64,000 bases of DNA. Origin: Caulobacteraceae bacterium. Lineage in GTDB: Bacteria; Pseudomonadota; Alphaproteobacteria; Caulobacterales; Caulobacteraceae. Positions 1 to 9,707 of this stretch are shown here, piece after piece; positions within the stretch are counted from its first letter, which is position 1; each line of letters begins with the position of its first letter. Where the stretch lies: NCBI GenBank assembly GCA_043746375.1, contig JAYTRF010000132.1:12295-76294 (forward strand), in the 5' to 3' direction. The notes beneath the pieces are model-generated. The model saw only the letters and a list, made by a program, of their open reading frames with translations. It was not told where the DNA came from and did not search any database. The position numbers were made by a program, and so were the translations under genes.

Positions 1-1062
1 TCACGACGCCTATTCATGGAGACCGTGCTCCTGGGCGTCAGCGCCGGCGTCATCGGCATCGATCCTCATGGAAGGGTGTCAGCTGTAAACCGCCAGGCCG
101 CGCGACTGCTGAATCTGGGGTCCGCAGACAGCTTTGGGCAGGAGCTTGCCGCCATCGCGCCTGAGATGGCGGCGATCGCGGGCAGTGCAAAAGTTCATGG
201 CGGGGAGGCGGAAGGGGACATCGACGTCGTGCGAGATGGTGATTCCCGCCGTCTGCGTGTGCGCGCGAGCCACAGCAGCGAGGGCCTAGTCCTGACCTTC
301 GATGATATCACCCGCCTCGTCGCGGCTCAGCGCAACGCCGCGTGGCGCGATGTGGCGCGCCGGATCGCCCACGAAATCAAAAACCCGCTTACGCCTATCC
401 AACTTTCGGCCGAACGGCTGAGGCGCAAGTACCGCAAGGAAATCGTCGGCGACCTCGAAATCTTCGACCGCTGCACTGACACCATCATCCGCCAGGTCGG
501 CGACATCGGTCGCATGGTCGACGAATTTTCGGCCTTTGCGCGCATGCCTGCGCCCAGGATCGAGCCGCATGACGCCGCCGAACTGGTGCGCGCCGCGGTG
601 TTCGCCCAGCGCGTTGCCAATCCGGCGGTGAGTATCGATATCACCCAGCCCCTGACCGCGACGACGCTGATGTGCGATGGCCGCATTGTCGGTCAGGCGC
701 TGACCAATGTTCTCAAGAACGCCGCCGAGGCCATCGCAGCCCGCCCTGGCCCATCGGCCGTTGAGCCTGGGCGCATTCGCGTGAGCCTTGCGCGGCGCGG
801 CGATCACCTGGAGATCGTGGTGGAAGACAACGGCATCGGCATGCCGGCCAAGGATCGTGATCGGCTGACCGAGCCCTACGTCACCACCCGTGAAAAGGGC
901 ACGGGTCTGGGCTTGGCGATCGTCAAGCGGATTTTGGAGGATCATGGCGGGGAGCTTCTGCTTGCTGACGCCCGCGATGGACCCGGCGCGCGGGTTGTTC
1001 TGTCCTTCCCGCACGTCACGACGCCCGCCGCGGTTGCTGCGTCGGCCGTCGTGGGGGCCTAG
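1..1062 (+). CDS. ntrY: PAS-domain sensor histidine kinase NtrY (5' truncated by window)
   Basis: H-box WRDVARRIAHEIKNPLTP, N-box NVLKNAAEA, G-boxes DNGIG and GTGLGL; directly upstream of ntrX; frame is open to the window edge. Confidence 0.9.
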   Translation, partial: SRRLFMETVLLGVSAGVIGIDPHGRVSAVNRQAARLLNLGSADSFGQELAAIAPEMAAIAGSAKVHGGEAEGDIDVVRDGDSRRLRVRASHSSEGLVLTFDDITRLVAAQRNAAWRDVARRIAHEIKNPLTPIQLSAERLRRKYRKEIVGDLEIFDRCTDTIIRQVGDIGRMVDEFSAFARMPAPRIEPHDAAELVRAAVFAQRVANPAVSIDITQPLTATTLMCDGRIVGQALTNVLKNAAEAIAARPGPSAVEPGRIRVSLARRGDHLEIVVEDNGIGMPAKDRDRLTEPYVTTREKGTGLGLAIVKRILEDHGGELLLADARDGPGARVVLSFPHVTTPAAVAASAVVGA

Positions 1063-1065
1063 AGG

Positions 1066-2460
1066 ATGGCGATGGCCGGTGACGTGTTGATTGTCGACGA
1101 CGAGGCGGACATTCGCGAACTCGTCGCGGGCATCCTTGCCGACGAAGGCTACGCGGTGCGGACCGCGCAAGATTCCCGAACCGCTCTGGCGGCCATCGAT
1201 GCACGAAAACCTTCACTGGTGGTGCTGGACATTTGGATGCAGGGCGGTGGCCTAGATGGCCTGGAACTGCTCGATCTGGTTAAGACGCTCGACCCGGACC
1301 TGCCGGTGATCATGATCTCCGGCCACGGCACGATTGAAACAGCTGTCAGCTCCATCAAGCGCGGGGCCTACGATTTTCTGGAAAAGCCGTTCAAATCCGA
1401 TCGCCTGCTTTTGCTGGTTGAGCGGGCTCTCGAAGCGTCGGGCCTGAAGCGGGAAAATCGTCGACTGCGCACCCAGGCGATCGTGCCCGATGGGCTGGTG
1501 GGAGCGTCGGCCGCGGCGCAGCAGCTTCGCGCGCTCATCTCCAAGGTGGCGTCGGCCAATAGCCGGATCCTGATTTCCGGTCCGCCGGGTTCCGGCAAGG
1601 AAACCACGGCCCGCTTGATCCATGCGGCCAGTCCTCGAGCCAAGAGTGAGTTTGTCGCCATCAGCGCCGCCGGGATGACTCCTGAACGGATGGACCTCGA
1701 ACTGTTCGGGGAAGAGGGCGAGGGGGGCAGGCCGCGAAAAATCGGGGTCTTCGAACGCGCCCATGGGGGGACACTCTACATCGACGATGTCGCCGATATG
1801 CCCAAGGACAGCCAGAGCCGGATCCTACGGGTGCTCGTCGAGCAGCGCTTTCGCCGCATCGGCGGCGACACCGACGTGCAGGTGGACGTCAGGGTCCTTT
1901 CATCCACATCCAGGGATTTGCGCGAGGAGATCGCCGCCGGGCGGTTCCGAGAGGATCTGTTTCACCGCCTGAATGTCGTGCCGCTGCGGGTGCCTGGACT
2001 GGTCGAGCGACGCGAGGATGTGCCGGCGTTGATTGGCTACTATCTGGAGCGGCTCAGCATCGCCTCCGGCCTGCCCAAGCGCAGGCTCGCCGATGACGCT
2101 TACGCGACGCTGCAGGTTCAATCATGGCCAGGAAACGTTCGCCAGCTGAGGAACGTCGTTGAACGCATTCTGATCTTGGCGGGCGGAGATCCCTCCGAGC
2201 CAATCACCGCCGAGATGCTGCCCCCCGACGCCAGTGCAGCGCCGCCCGCCGGCGGCCTCGGCGCCGAGCGGATCATCGCCCTGCCGTTGCGGGATGCGCG
2301 TGAACTGTTCGAGCGGGAGTATCTTACCGCTCAGATCACCCGTTTTGGCGGCAATATCTCTCGCACCGCAGCGTTCATCGGCATGGAGCGGTCGGCCCTG
2401 CACCGCAAGCTGAAGTCGCTCGGTTTCGGCGCGGCGCCGCCACCAGAGGACCCGGTGTAG
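1066..2460 (+). CDS. ntrX: Response regulator NtrX (REC-AAA+-Fis HTH)
   Basis: Receiver domain (DDE, DIW, SGHG, KP), Walker A GPPGSGKE, GRFREDLFHRL, C-terminal GNISRTA...ERSALHRKL; lacks GAFTGA as expected for NtrX. Confidence 0.92.
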   Translation: MAMAGDVLIVDDEADIRELVAGILADEGYAVRTAQDSRTALAAIDARKPSLVVLDIWMQGGGLDGLELLDLVKTLDPDLPVIMISGHGTIETAVSSIKRGAYDFLEKPFKSDRLLLLVERALEASGLKRENRRLRTQAIVPDGLVGASAAAQQLRALISKVASANSRILISGPPGSGKETTARLIHAASPRAKSEFVAISAAGMTPERMDLELFGEEGEGGRPRKIGVFERAHGGTLYIDDVADMPKDSQSRILRVLVEQRFRRIGGDTDVQVDVRVLSSTSRDLREEIAAGRFREDLFHRLNVVPLRVPGLVERREDVPALIGYYLERLSIASGLPKRRLADDAYATLQVQSWPGNVRQLRNVVERILILAGGDPSEPITAEMLPPDASAAPPAGGLGAERIIALPLRDARELFEREYLTAQITRFGGNISRTAAFIGMERSALHRKLKSLGFGAAPPPEDPV

Positions 2461-2464
2461 GAGA

Positions 2465-3328
2465 GTGGCGCGCTTCGCTTACGTCAACGGGCGTTTTGTC
2501 CCTCACCGTCGCGCCATGGTGCATATCGAGGACCGCGGTTATCAGCTCGCCGACGCCGTCTATGAAGTCTGGGCGGTGTTTGCGGGGCGACTGGGGGACG
2601 CTGCCGGTCATTTCGAGAGGCTGGGTCGAAGCCTGGCGGAGCTGCGCATCGTCCAGCCGATGACCACCGCGGCGCTCAAGGTCGTCCTGGCAGAGACCGT
2701 GCGCAGAAATGCCGTGCGTGACGGGCTTGTCTATCTGCAGGTGTCGCGGGGCGTTGCGCCACGCGACCATGCCTTCCCCGATCCTCCGGTCCCGCCCGGG
2801 ATCGTGGTCACAGCGAAGAGCGTCGATCCCACGGCCGCCAGCGCCCGCGCCGAAAAAGGTGTCGCCGTGATCACGGTGCCGGAGACGCGCTGGGGTCGCT
2901 GCGACATCAAGACTGTCGGACTGTTGCCTAATGCCTTGGCAAAACAGGCGGCGCGGGAGGCGGGCGCTGCCGAAGCTTGGTTCGTCGACGAGCTGGGTCT
3001 TGTTACCGAGGGGGCGTCGAGCAACGCCTGGATCGTCGATGCCGACGGCGTTCTGCGGACGCGGGACGTTCAGGCCAATATTCTTCGCGGCGTGACACGC
3101 AAGACCCTGATTGAGGTGATTGCCGCAGCGGGTTTGAAGTTCGATCAGCGCCCATTCACGGTGGAGGAAGCCAAACGGGCGCGCGAAGCGTTCATTACCG
3201 GCGCCGGCACGGTTGTCATGCCGGTGGTGCGCGTCAATGAGGCGAAGCTCGGCGACGGACGGCCAGGGCCAGTGGCGCAGCGCCTTCGCGCGCTTTATAT
3301 TGAGGAAGCCCGTCGCACGGCGTGGTGA
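2465..3328 (+). CDS. Class IV PLP aminotransferase (D-amino-acid transaminase-like)
   Basis: DRGYQLADAVYEV, RCDIKT, EGASSN, ILRGVTR motifs; usual position between ntrX and hfq. Confidence 0.85.
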   Translation: MARFAYVNGRFVPHRRAMVHIEDRGYQLADAVYEVWAVFAGRLGDAAGHFERLGRSLAELRIVQPMTTAALKVVLAETVRRNAVRDGLVYLQVSRGVAPRDHAFPDPPVPPGIVVTAKSVDPTAASARAEKGVAVITVPETRWGRCDIKTVGLLPNALAKQAAREAGAAEAWFVDELGLVTEGASSNAWIVDADGVLRTRDVQANILRGVTRKTLIEVIAAAGLKFDQRPFTVEEAKRAREAFITGAGTVVMPVVRVNEAKLGDGRPGPVAQRLRALYIEEARRTAW

Positions 3329-3371
3329 AAAGCGCTGACAATGCCAATAACACCAAATGGGAGATCAACCC

Positions 3372-3623
3372 GTGACCGCCGAGAAGAAACAGAACCTTCA
3401 GGATACTTTTCTCAATAGCGTGCGCCGCGCAAAGACGCCGCTGACCATCTTTCTTGTCAATGGCGTAAAGCTGCAGGGAGTTGTCAGCTGGTTCGACAAC
3501 TTCTGTGTGCTCCTGCGTCGGGACGGCCAGTCGCAACTGGTCTACAAGCACGCCATCTCGACCATCATGCCCGCACAGCCGGTCCAGCTCTATGAGCCGG
3601 GCGAAGATGAAGACACCGTTTGA
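3372..3623 (+). CDS. hfq: RNA chaperone Hfq
   Basis: [29 protein letters not shown]; GTG start after GGGAGA SD. Confidence 0.97.
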   Translation: MTAEKKQNLQDTFLNSVRRAKTPLTIFLVNGVKLQGVVSWFDNFCVLLRRDGQSQLVYKHAISTIMPAQPVQLYEPGEDEDTV

Positions 3624-4924
3624 AATCTTCCCAATCCATCGATCGTCGGCCACCTCGGCAGGCCGCCTTGGTCGTCCATCCAAGCCGCTCGCAAAAGACC
3701 GCGTCGCGGTCTGCGGCCGGTCGGCTGGATGAAGCGGCCGGGCTTGCCCGCGCGCTCGACCTGGACATTCGCGATGCGGTGGTGACGCGTCTGCGCGCCA
3801 CCCGACCCGCGACTTTGTTCGGCAAGGGCAAGGTGGAGAAAATCGGCGCCCTCTGCGCTGAACGCGCCGTCGATCTGGTGGTGGTCGACGACGCACTGAC
3901 GCCGATCCAACAGCGCAATCTGGAACGGGCTTGGCAGGTAAAGGTCATCGACCGCTCCGGCTTGATCCTGGAAATTTTCGCGCGCCGCGCGCGCACGAGC
4001 GAAGGGCGTTTGCAGGTGGAGCTGGCCCGGCTCGATTACGAGCGATCGCGGCTGGTTCGAACCTGGACTCACCTGGAGCGGCAAAGGGGTGGCTTTGGCT
4101 TTTTGGGCGGGCCGGGGGAAACACAGATCGAAGCCGACCGGCGCATGCTCGCCGACCGGATCAAGAAGCTCAAAGGTGAGCTCGCGGAGGTGCGCCGCAC
4201 GCGCGGCCTTCAGCGCCGATCGCGCAAGCGGGTTCCCTATGCGACCGTGGCCCTGGTCGGCTACACCAACGCCGGCAAGTCGACCCTCTTCAATCAGCTG
4301 ACCTCGGCCAAGGTGTTGGCCAAGGACATTCTGTTCGCCACGCTTGATCCAACCTTGCGGCGCGTCCGGCTTCCTGGCGGTCGGACGGCGATACTCTCGG
4401 ACACGGTTGGATTCATCTCCGACCTGCCCCACGAGCTGGTGGAGGCTTTTCGCGCCACTCTCGACGAGGTTCGTGAAGCGGACGTGATCCTGCACGTTCG
4501 TGACATTTCAAGCCCCGATTCGGGCGCTCAAAGCGAGGATGTGGCTAAGGTGCTGGCCCGGATAGGCATTGATGCCGCTGATGGCGCCCGCATCTTCGAA
4601 GTCTGGAACAAGATCGATCGTCTAGACGGCGACGGCAGAGCCGAGGTCACCGGGAAGGCCATCAATCTAGGCGCAGCCGCAGTTTCGGCGATCACCGGCG
4701 AAGGCTGTCAAGCGCTGCTCACGCGGCTTGGGTCGATGGTGGACGACGCCCCCCCCCATGATTTCGTGCTCGAGCCCTCAGACGGCGAGGCCATTGCGTG
4801 GTTGCATAGCCACGGCCGGGTGACCTCCCAAAAGCAGTCGAACGGTTCGCTGGTCGTTGCCGCACATCTGGATGCCCAGGCCCTGGGACGCTTCGAGCAG
4901 TTGCGTCCCAAAGCGATCAGGTAG
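3620..4924 (+). CDS. hflX: Ribosome-splitting GTPase HflX
   Basis: [32 protein letters not shown]; overlaps hfq stop. Confidence 0.96.
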   Translation: MKSSQSIDRRPPRQAALVVHPSRSQKTASRSAAGRLDEAAGLARALDLDIRDAVVTRLRATRPATLFGKGKVEKIGALCAERAVDLVVVDDALTPIQQRNLERAWQVKVIDRSGLILEIFARRARTSEGRLQVELARLDYERSRLVRTWTHLERQRGGFGFLGGPGETQIEADRRMLADRIKKLKGELAEVRRTRGLQRRSRKRVPYATVALVGYTNAGKSTLFNQLTSAKVLAKDILFATLDPTLRRVRLPGGRTAILSDTVGFISDLPHELVEAFRATLDEVREADVILHVRDISSPDSGAQSEDVAKVLARIGIDAADGARIFEVWNKIDRLDGDGRAEVTGKAINLGAAAVSAITGEGCQALLTRLGSMVDDAPPHDFVLEPSDGEAIAWLHSHGRVTSQKQSNGSLVVAAHLDAQALGRFEQLRPKAIR

Positions 4925-5735
4925 GGCGCTTTTCGGCCATTTTGGCCGCGTTCCACAGTTCATCCATCTGCGCCAGAGTGGACGCGGCGGGGGACGAACC
5001 GGCCTGTGCCAAACGTCGCTCAATATATTGAAACCGACGGATGAACTTGCCGTTGGCGCCGCGGAGGGCCTGCTCGGCGTCAATGTCTAGCGCGCGGGCC
5101 AGGTTGGCGATGACGAAGAGAACATCCCCCAGTTCCTCCTGGGCTTTTTCACGATCCCCGCTGGCGATCTCAACCTCAAGTTCGGCGATCTCCTCGTGCA
5201 GCTTGTCAACAACCTCGCCGGTAGATGGCCACACGAAGCCAACCCCCGCCGCGCGCCTGGCGAGCTTCGTGGCGCGGGTCAGGGCGGGCAGACCCACCGG
5301 TAGATGGTCGAGCACGCTCACCCCCGCACGGCCCGATTTCTCCGCCCGTTCGCTCGACTTGACGGCGTCCCAGGCCAAGGTCTGCTCGCTGGCCGATCGC
5401 GCCCGCGCATCGCCAAACACGTGCGGATGGCGACGGATCATTTTCTGAGTGACGGCGCGAGCGACGTCCTGGAAGTCGAAAGCCCCGGCCTCTTCAGCGA
5501 TGCGGGCGTGGAAGATCACCTGAAACAGCAAATCCCCCAGTTCTTCACGCAAATCGCCCATGTCCCCGCGTTCGATGGCGTCGGCGACTTCGTACGCTTC
5601 CTCGATCGTGTAAGGGGCCACGGTGGCAAAGGTCTGCTCGCGATCCCATGGACACCCCCCAGCGTCGGCGCGCAGGCGGCCCATGAGTTCGATCAAATCC
5701 GTCATCGCATCGGGCGAGCTTGGCGGGTCAGCCAT
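4917..5735 (-). CDS. mazG: Nucleoside triphosphate pyrophosphohydrolase MazG
   Basis: GCPWDREQT, EEAYEV, EELGDLL, RRHPHVF; tandem MazG domains. Confidence 0.95.
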   Translation of the reverse strand: MADPPSSPDAMTDLIELMGRLRADAGGCPWDREQTFATVAPYTIEEAYEVADAIERGDMGDLREELGDLLFQVIFHARIAEEAGAFDFQDVARAVTQKMIRRHPHVFGDARARSASEQTLAWDAVKSSERAEKSGRAGVSVLDHLPVGLPALTRATKLARRAAGVGFVWPSTGEVVDKLHEEIAELEVEIASGDREKAQEELGDVLFVIANLARALDIDAEQALRGANGKFIRRFQYIERRLAQAGSSPAASTLAQMDELWNAAKMAEKRPT

Positions 5736-6489
5736 GCCCCGGTTTGCACTCCGTGGCCGAGATCAGACCCCAGCCGCTGGGGCGCAGGATCTCAAGGGGC
5801 GAAAAGCGGGCCTTGTAATCCATCTTGGCGCTGCCTTGCACCCAGTAGCCGAGGTAGACGTAGGCCAGTTCCAGCATCGCGGCCTGGACTACATGGTCCA
5901 GAATGATGAAGGAGCCCGGGCTCGCCCGCGCCAGCGACGGATCAAAGAAGCTGTAGACGAGGGAAAGGCCATCGGCGAGCTGGTCGACCAGGGCGCAACC
6001 CAGCAGATCGCCAGGTCCACGGTCGATGGGCCGGCTGCGGTATTCGACGATGTGGGTGCGGACCGCTGTGTCCTCGACCATAGCCACGTAATCGGACCAG
6101 CTCATTTCGGCCATGCCGCCGCCGGCGTGGCGGGATCGCAGATAGCGGCGCAGGAGCTCGAACTGTTCGCGGGTCGCCTCGGCCTCGACGACATGGCGCG
6201 TCAGGCCCTCGTTGCGGGTTAAAATCCGCCGCTCCGAGCGTGAGAACCCGTAGTCGCCCACCGGCAGGCGCGCCGAAACGCAGGCTGCGCATCCTTCACA
6301 TGCGGGACGGTAAGCAATGTTCTGCGACCGCCTAAAACCGCCCTGCGTCAGCGAATCGTTGACCCCGGCCCCTTCGAGCATCGGCAGATGGGCGAACACC
6401 TTGCGTTCCTGCCGTCCGGGTAGATACGGGCAAGGCGACGGCGCAGTAAGGAAAAATCGAAGCTGCCGCGTTGGGAAGTGCTGAGTCAC
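5728..6489 (-). CDS. Arginyl-tRNA-protein transferase family (Bpt/Ate-like, N-end rule)
   Basis: PCPYLPGR, GFRRSQ, RPACEGC..C, YLGYWV..S.KMDYK; probable GTG start (TQHFP). Confidence 0.88.
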   Translation of the reverse strand: MTQHFPTRQLRFFLTAPSPCPYLPGRQERKVFAHLPMLEGAGVNDSLTQGGFRRSQNIAYRPACEGCAACVSARLPVGDYGFSRSERRILTRNEGLTRHVVEAEATREQFELLRRYLRSRHAGGGMAEMSWSDYVAMVEDTAVRTHIVEYRSRPIDRGPGDLLGCALVDQLADGLSLVYSFFDPSLARASPGSFIILDHVVQAAMLELAYVYLGYWVQGSAKMDYKARFSPLEILRPSGWGLISATECKPGHG

Positions 6490-6580
6490 CTTGGCGACTT
6501 GGCCCATTGAAAAACGCCACTCACGGCGTGATTAGGGCCTATGCCGATGCGCGATGCAAGCTGGGGGTGAGGAGACGCAC

Positions 6581-7438
6581 ATGCGGATTGCATTCATCGG
6601 CCTGGGGGTGATGGGCTCGCCGATAGCGGGTCACCTGGCGGCAGCCGGCCATGAAATGGCGGTGTTCAATCGCACGCCTAACAAGGCGCAGCTTTGGCTG
6701 CAGTCGCACCCAGGGCGCTTGGCCAGGAGCCCTGGCGACGCGGCGGTCGATAGCGATTTCGTGGTCCTCTGTGTCGGCAATGACGACGACGTGCGCGATG
6801 TCGTCACTCAGATGCTTGCGTCCCTGTCGCCAGGCGCGGTGATTGTCGATCACACGACCACCTCCGGCCAACTTGCCAGGGAAATGAATCGCGCCGTCCG
6901 CGAGCGTGGCTGCGACTTTCTCGACGCGCCGGTTTCGGGCGGCGAAAGCGGTGCCGTCAACGGGCAGCTATCGGTCATGGTTGGCGGCGATGCCTCCGCA
7001 TTTACGAAAGCTGAGGCCATTGTGAGGGCTTACGGCAAGGCTGTAGCTCGCATGGGAGCAAGCGGCAGCGGCCAGCTGACCAAGATGGTCAACCAGATCT
7101 GCATCGCCGGCGTCGTCCAGGGTCTTTCCGAAGCAGTCGCTTTCGCGGGTCATGCGGGCCTGAACACCGACGCGGTGTATGCCGCCATTTCCAATGGGGC
7201 GGCGCAGTCATGGCAGATGGACAATCGCTGGAAGTCGATGGCCGAGGGCAAGTTCGATTTCGGCTTCGCCGTCGACTGGATGCGCAAGGACCTGGGCTTG
7301 GTCCTGGAAGAGGCGCGCGCCAATGGCGCCCGGGTTGAGATCACCGCCTTGGTCGATCAGTTCTATGCGGAGGTTCAGGCCATGGGTGGCGCGCGATGGG
7401 ATACGTCGAGCCTGGCCGCCAGGCTGACCAAGCGATAG
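6581..7438 (+). CDS. NAD(P)-dependent beta-hydroxyacid dehydrogenase family oxidoreductase
   Basis: FIGLGVMG, DAPVSGG, KMVNQI, F.VDWMRKDL; AGGAG SD. Confidence 0.88.
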   Translation: MRIAFIGLGVMGSPIAGHLAAAGHEMAVFNRTPNKAQLWLQSHPGRLARSPGDAAVDSDFVVLCVGNDDDVRDVVTQMLASLSPGAVIVDHTTTSGQLAREMNRAVRERGCDFLDAPVSGGESGAVNGQLSVMVGGDASAFTKAEAIVRAYGKAVARMGASGSGQLTKMVNQICIAGVVQGLSEAVAFAGHAGLNTDAVYAAISNGAAQSWQMDNRWKSMAEGKFDFGFAVDWMRKDLGLVLEEARANGARVEITALVDQFYAEVQAMGGARWDTSSLAARLTKR

Positions 7439-7513
7439 GTTCACTGCAACGATTTGGTGCGGACCGTCGCAAGCGGCTATGAAGGCGGAGAGAACGTCCA
7501 AGAGGAGGCGCGC

Positions 7514-7786
7514 ATGCGCGTCGAAATCCGCAAGGTCGGCGATTCGGCCGGAGTTATTCTCGGCAAAACGCTGCTCGCCGAACTGGGCGTTACCAGCGGT
7601 GATGTTCTCGACATTGCCGTCGTCGGCGGCCGGATCATCCTTTCCCCGCTCGGACGCGAGGCCCGCGCCGCATGCATCAGGGATGCCAGCGCTAACTACG
7701 AACTCGCCGACAGCGCCATGGCCTGGCCAGAGCTCAGCAGTAATGAGGACGAACCGCCGGACGAGCGGGGGCTGCGCCCGGCCTAA
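7514..7786 (+). CDS. AbrB/MazE-type DNA-binding protein (antitoxin-like)
   Basis: RKVGDSAGVILGKTLLAELGV..GD.LDI swapped-hairpin pattern; GAGGAGG SD. Confidence 0.7.
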   Translation: MRVEIRKVGDSAGVILGKTLLAELGVTSGDVLDIAVVGGRIILSPLGREARAACIRDASANYELADSAMAWPELSSNEDEPPDERGLRPA

Positions 7787-7797
7787 AAAGGCGACCC

Positions 7798-8814
7798 TCA
7801 GGCGCCCAGAAGGCGCGCGGCGGCCGGGGCGAAGTAGGTGATCACGCCGGCGCATCCGGCGCGTTTGAAAGCGCCGAGGCTTTCCAGGATTGCGCGGTCT
7901 TCATCGAGCCATCCGTTGATCGCTGCGGCCCTGATCATCGCGTATTCGCCGGACACCTGAAAGGCGAAAGTCGGGACAGCGAACGCCTCGACCACGCGGC
8001 GGATGATATCGAGGTAGGGCATCCCTGGCTTGACCATCACCATGTCGGCTCCCTCGGCGATGTCGAGGGCCACTTCGCGCAAGGCCTCGTCCGAATTGGC
8101 CGGATCCATCTGGTAGCTCTGCTTGTCGATCGGGTTATCCACCGAACCCTGTCCCAGCCGGCCAGAGCCGATGGCCTCCCGGTAGGGGCCATAGAAGGCC
8201 GAAGCGTACTTGGCCGCGTAGGCCATGATCATCGTGTCGCACAAACCCGCGTCTTCTAGGGCTGCCCGCAGGGCGCCGACTCGCCCGTCCATCATGTCCG
8301 ACGGCGCGAGGATGTCGCAGCCGGCCCGGGCCTGCATCAGTCCCTGTTCAACCAAGCGCTCGATGGTGGCCTCGTTATGGATGCGGCCAGCCTCGATGAC
8401 ACCGTCGTGCCCATGGTCAGTGAACGGATCGAGCGCGACATCGCACATCACGCCCACACCGGGCTCAGCATCCTTCATCGCCTGGACCGCGCGGCTTACG
8501 AGGCCGCTGGGATCGGCGGCGGCGCTTCCCCGCGCGTCCTTCGCGGCTCCATCGATGTAGGGAAAGACGGCGATGGCCGGGATGCCCAGCACCTTGGCTT
8601 GCCTTGCGGATGCGGCGGCCTGACGGATCGAAAGCCGTTCAATGCCCGGCATCGACGCGACAGAAGCGCCGTCCGCACCATCGTGGACGATCACCGACCA
8701 GATCAGGTCGGCGGGCGTGAGCCGGGTTTCGCGCACCAGACGACGTGTCCATTCGCTTGCGCGAAGGCGGCGCAGGCGCAGCGCTGGATAGGCGGCGAGG
8801 GGGGCTTTGCTCAC
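7798..8814 (-). CDS. hemB: Porphobilinogen synthase (ALA dehydratase)
   Basis: DVALDPFTDHGHDG (Cys-free type), PSDMMDGR, FYGPYR, MVKPG, QVSGEY. Confidence 0.96.
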   Translation of the reverse strand: MSKAPLAAYPALRLRRLRASEWTRRLVRETRLTPADLIWSVIVHDGADGASVASMPGIERLSIRQAAASARQAKVLGIPAIAVFPYIDGAAKDARGSAAADPSGLVSRAVQAMKDAEPGVGVMCDVALDPFTDHGHDGVIEAGRIHNEATIERLVEQGLMQARAGCDILAPSDMMDGRVGALRAALEDAGLCDTMIMAYAAKYASAFYGPYREAIGSGRLGQGSVDNPIDKQSYQMDPANSDEALREVALDIAEGADMVMVKPGMPYLDIIRRVVEAFAVPTFAFQVSGEYAMIRAAAINGWLDEDRAILESLGAFKRAGCAGVITYFAPAAARLLGA

Positions 8815-8918
8815 GACGACAATGTTCCTAGCCCTCCGCGTGGTCCGTGCAACCGCTGACTTGTGCCGCGAGCTACGCTATTGATGAGCGGACACGGCAT
8901 GGAGAGGAGATTTCGCGG

Positions 8919-9686
8919 ATGCTCGGCAAATGTACAGGCGCCTTGGCGCTGGCAAGTCTCTTTGCGCTGACCAGCCAAGCTGGCGCGGTGGCGATGGCGC
9001 AAAAGCCTGTACCCGTCTCCGTGGCAGCGGCCGTCGCTGATCCGACAAGGCCCCAGGCCGACAGGGTTCTCGATGCCGCGCGCAAGCCTGCCGAAATCAT
9101 GGCCAGGATCGGCATCAAGCCAGGCGACCGGGTGGTTGATGTTTTCGCCGGGCCCTATTTTGATCGGATGTTCGCTGACGCGGTAGGCCCGCGCGGCAAG
9201 GTTTACATGTTCATTCCGGCAGAGGTGGTAAAGCTGAAAGAAGCGCCGGCGATACCAAACGGCTCGTCCCCTTTTCCGGACCACCCCAATGTTGTCGCCC
9301 TAACGGCGCCGATCAACGCATTCGCCGTTCCCGAGCCGGTAGACATCGTCTGGATCCGCCAGAATTACCACGATCTCTACGACCCGTTCATGGGTCCAGC
9401 CGACGTACCCGCCTTCGACCGCGCGGTGTTCAAGTCGCTTAAGCCAGGCGGCCTTTTCGTGGTCCTCGACCACTCTGCGCCGGCCGGATCGGGACTGGCG
9501 TCGACAAACACCACCCACCGCATCGATGCAGCTCGCGTCAAGGCAGACATGGCGGCGACGGGTTTCGTTTTCGCCGGCGAGAGCAATGTGCTGCGCAATC
9601 CCGCCGATCCGAGAACCGATCTGGTGTTCAAGCCTTCGATCCGCGGCCACACCGACCAGTTCATCTATCTGTTCCGTAAACCCTGA
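8919..9686 (+). CDS. Putative exported class I SAM-methyltransferase-fold protein
   Basis: Signal-peptide-like N-terminus; D..RKPAE, QNYHD, LKPGG..V.DH, HRID, RG.TDQF motifs. Confidence 0.7.
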   Translation: MLGKCTGALALASLFALTSQAGAVAMAQKPVPVSVAAAVADPTRPQADRVLDAARKPAEIMARIGIKPGDRVVDVFAGPYFDRMFADAVGPRGKVYMFIPAEVVKLKEAPAIPNGSSPFPDHPNVVALTAPINAFAVPEPVDIVWIRQNYHDLYDPFMGPADVPAFDRAVFKSLKPGGLFVVLDHSAPAGSGLASTNTTHRIDAARVKADMAATGFVFAGESNVLRNPADPRTDLVFKPSIRGHTDQFIYLFRKP

Positions 9687-9707
9687 AAGTCTGAAGGCCG
9701 AGCGTTC

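Noticed and set aside
4917-7786. mazG and a mazE-like gene as a dispersed mazEFG module
   Set aside because: mazG is the housekeeping copy next to hflX, on the opposite strand and separated by unrelated genes; no mazF present
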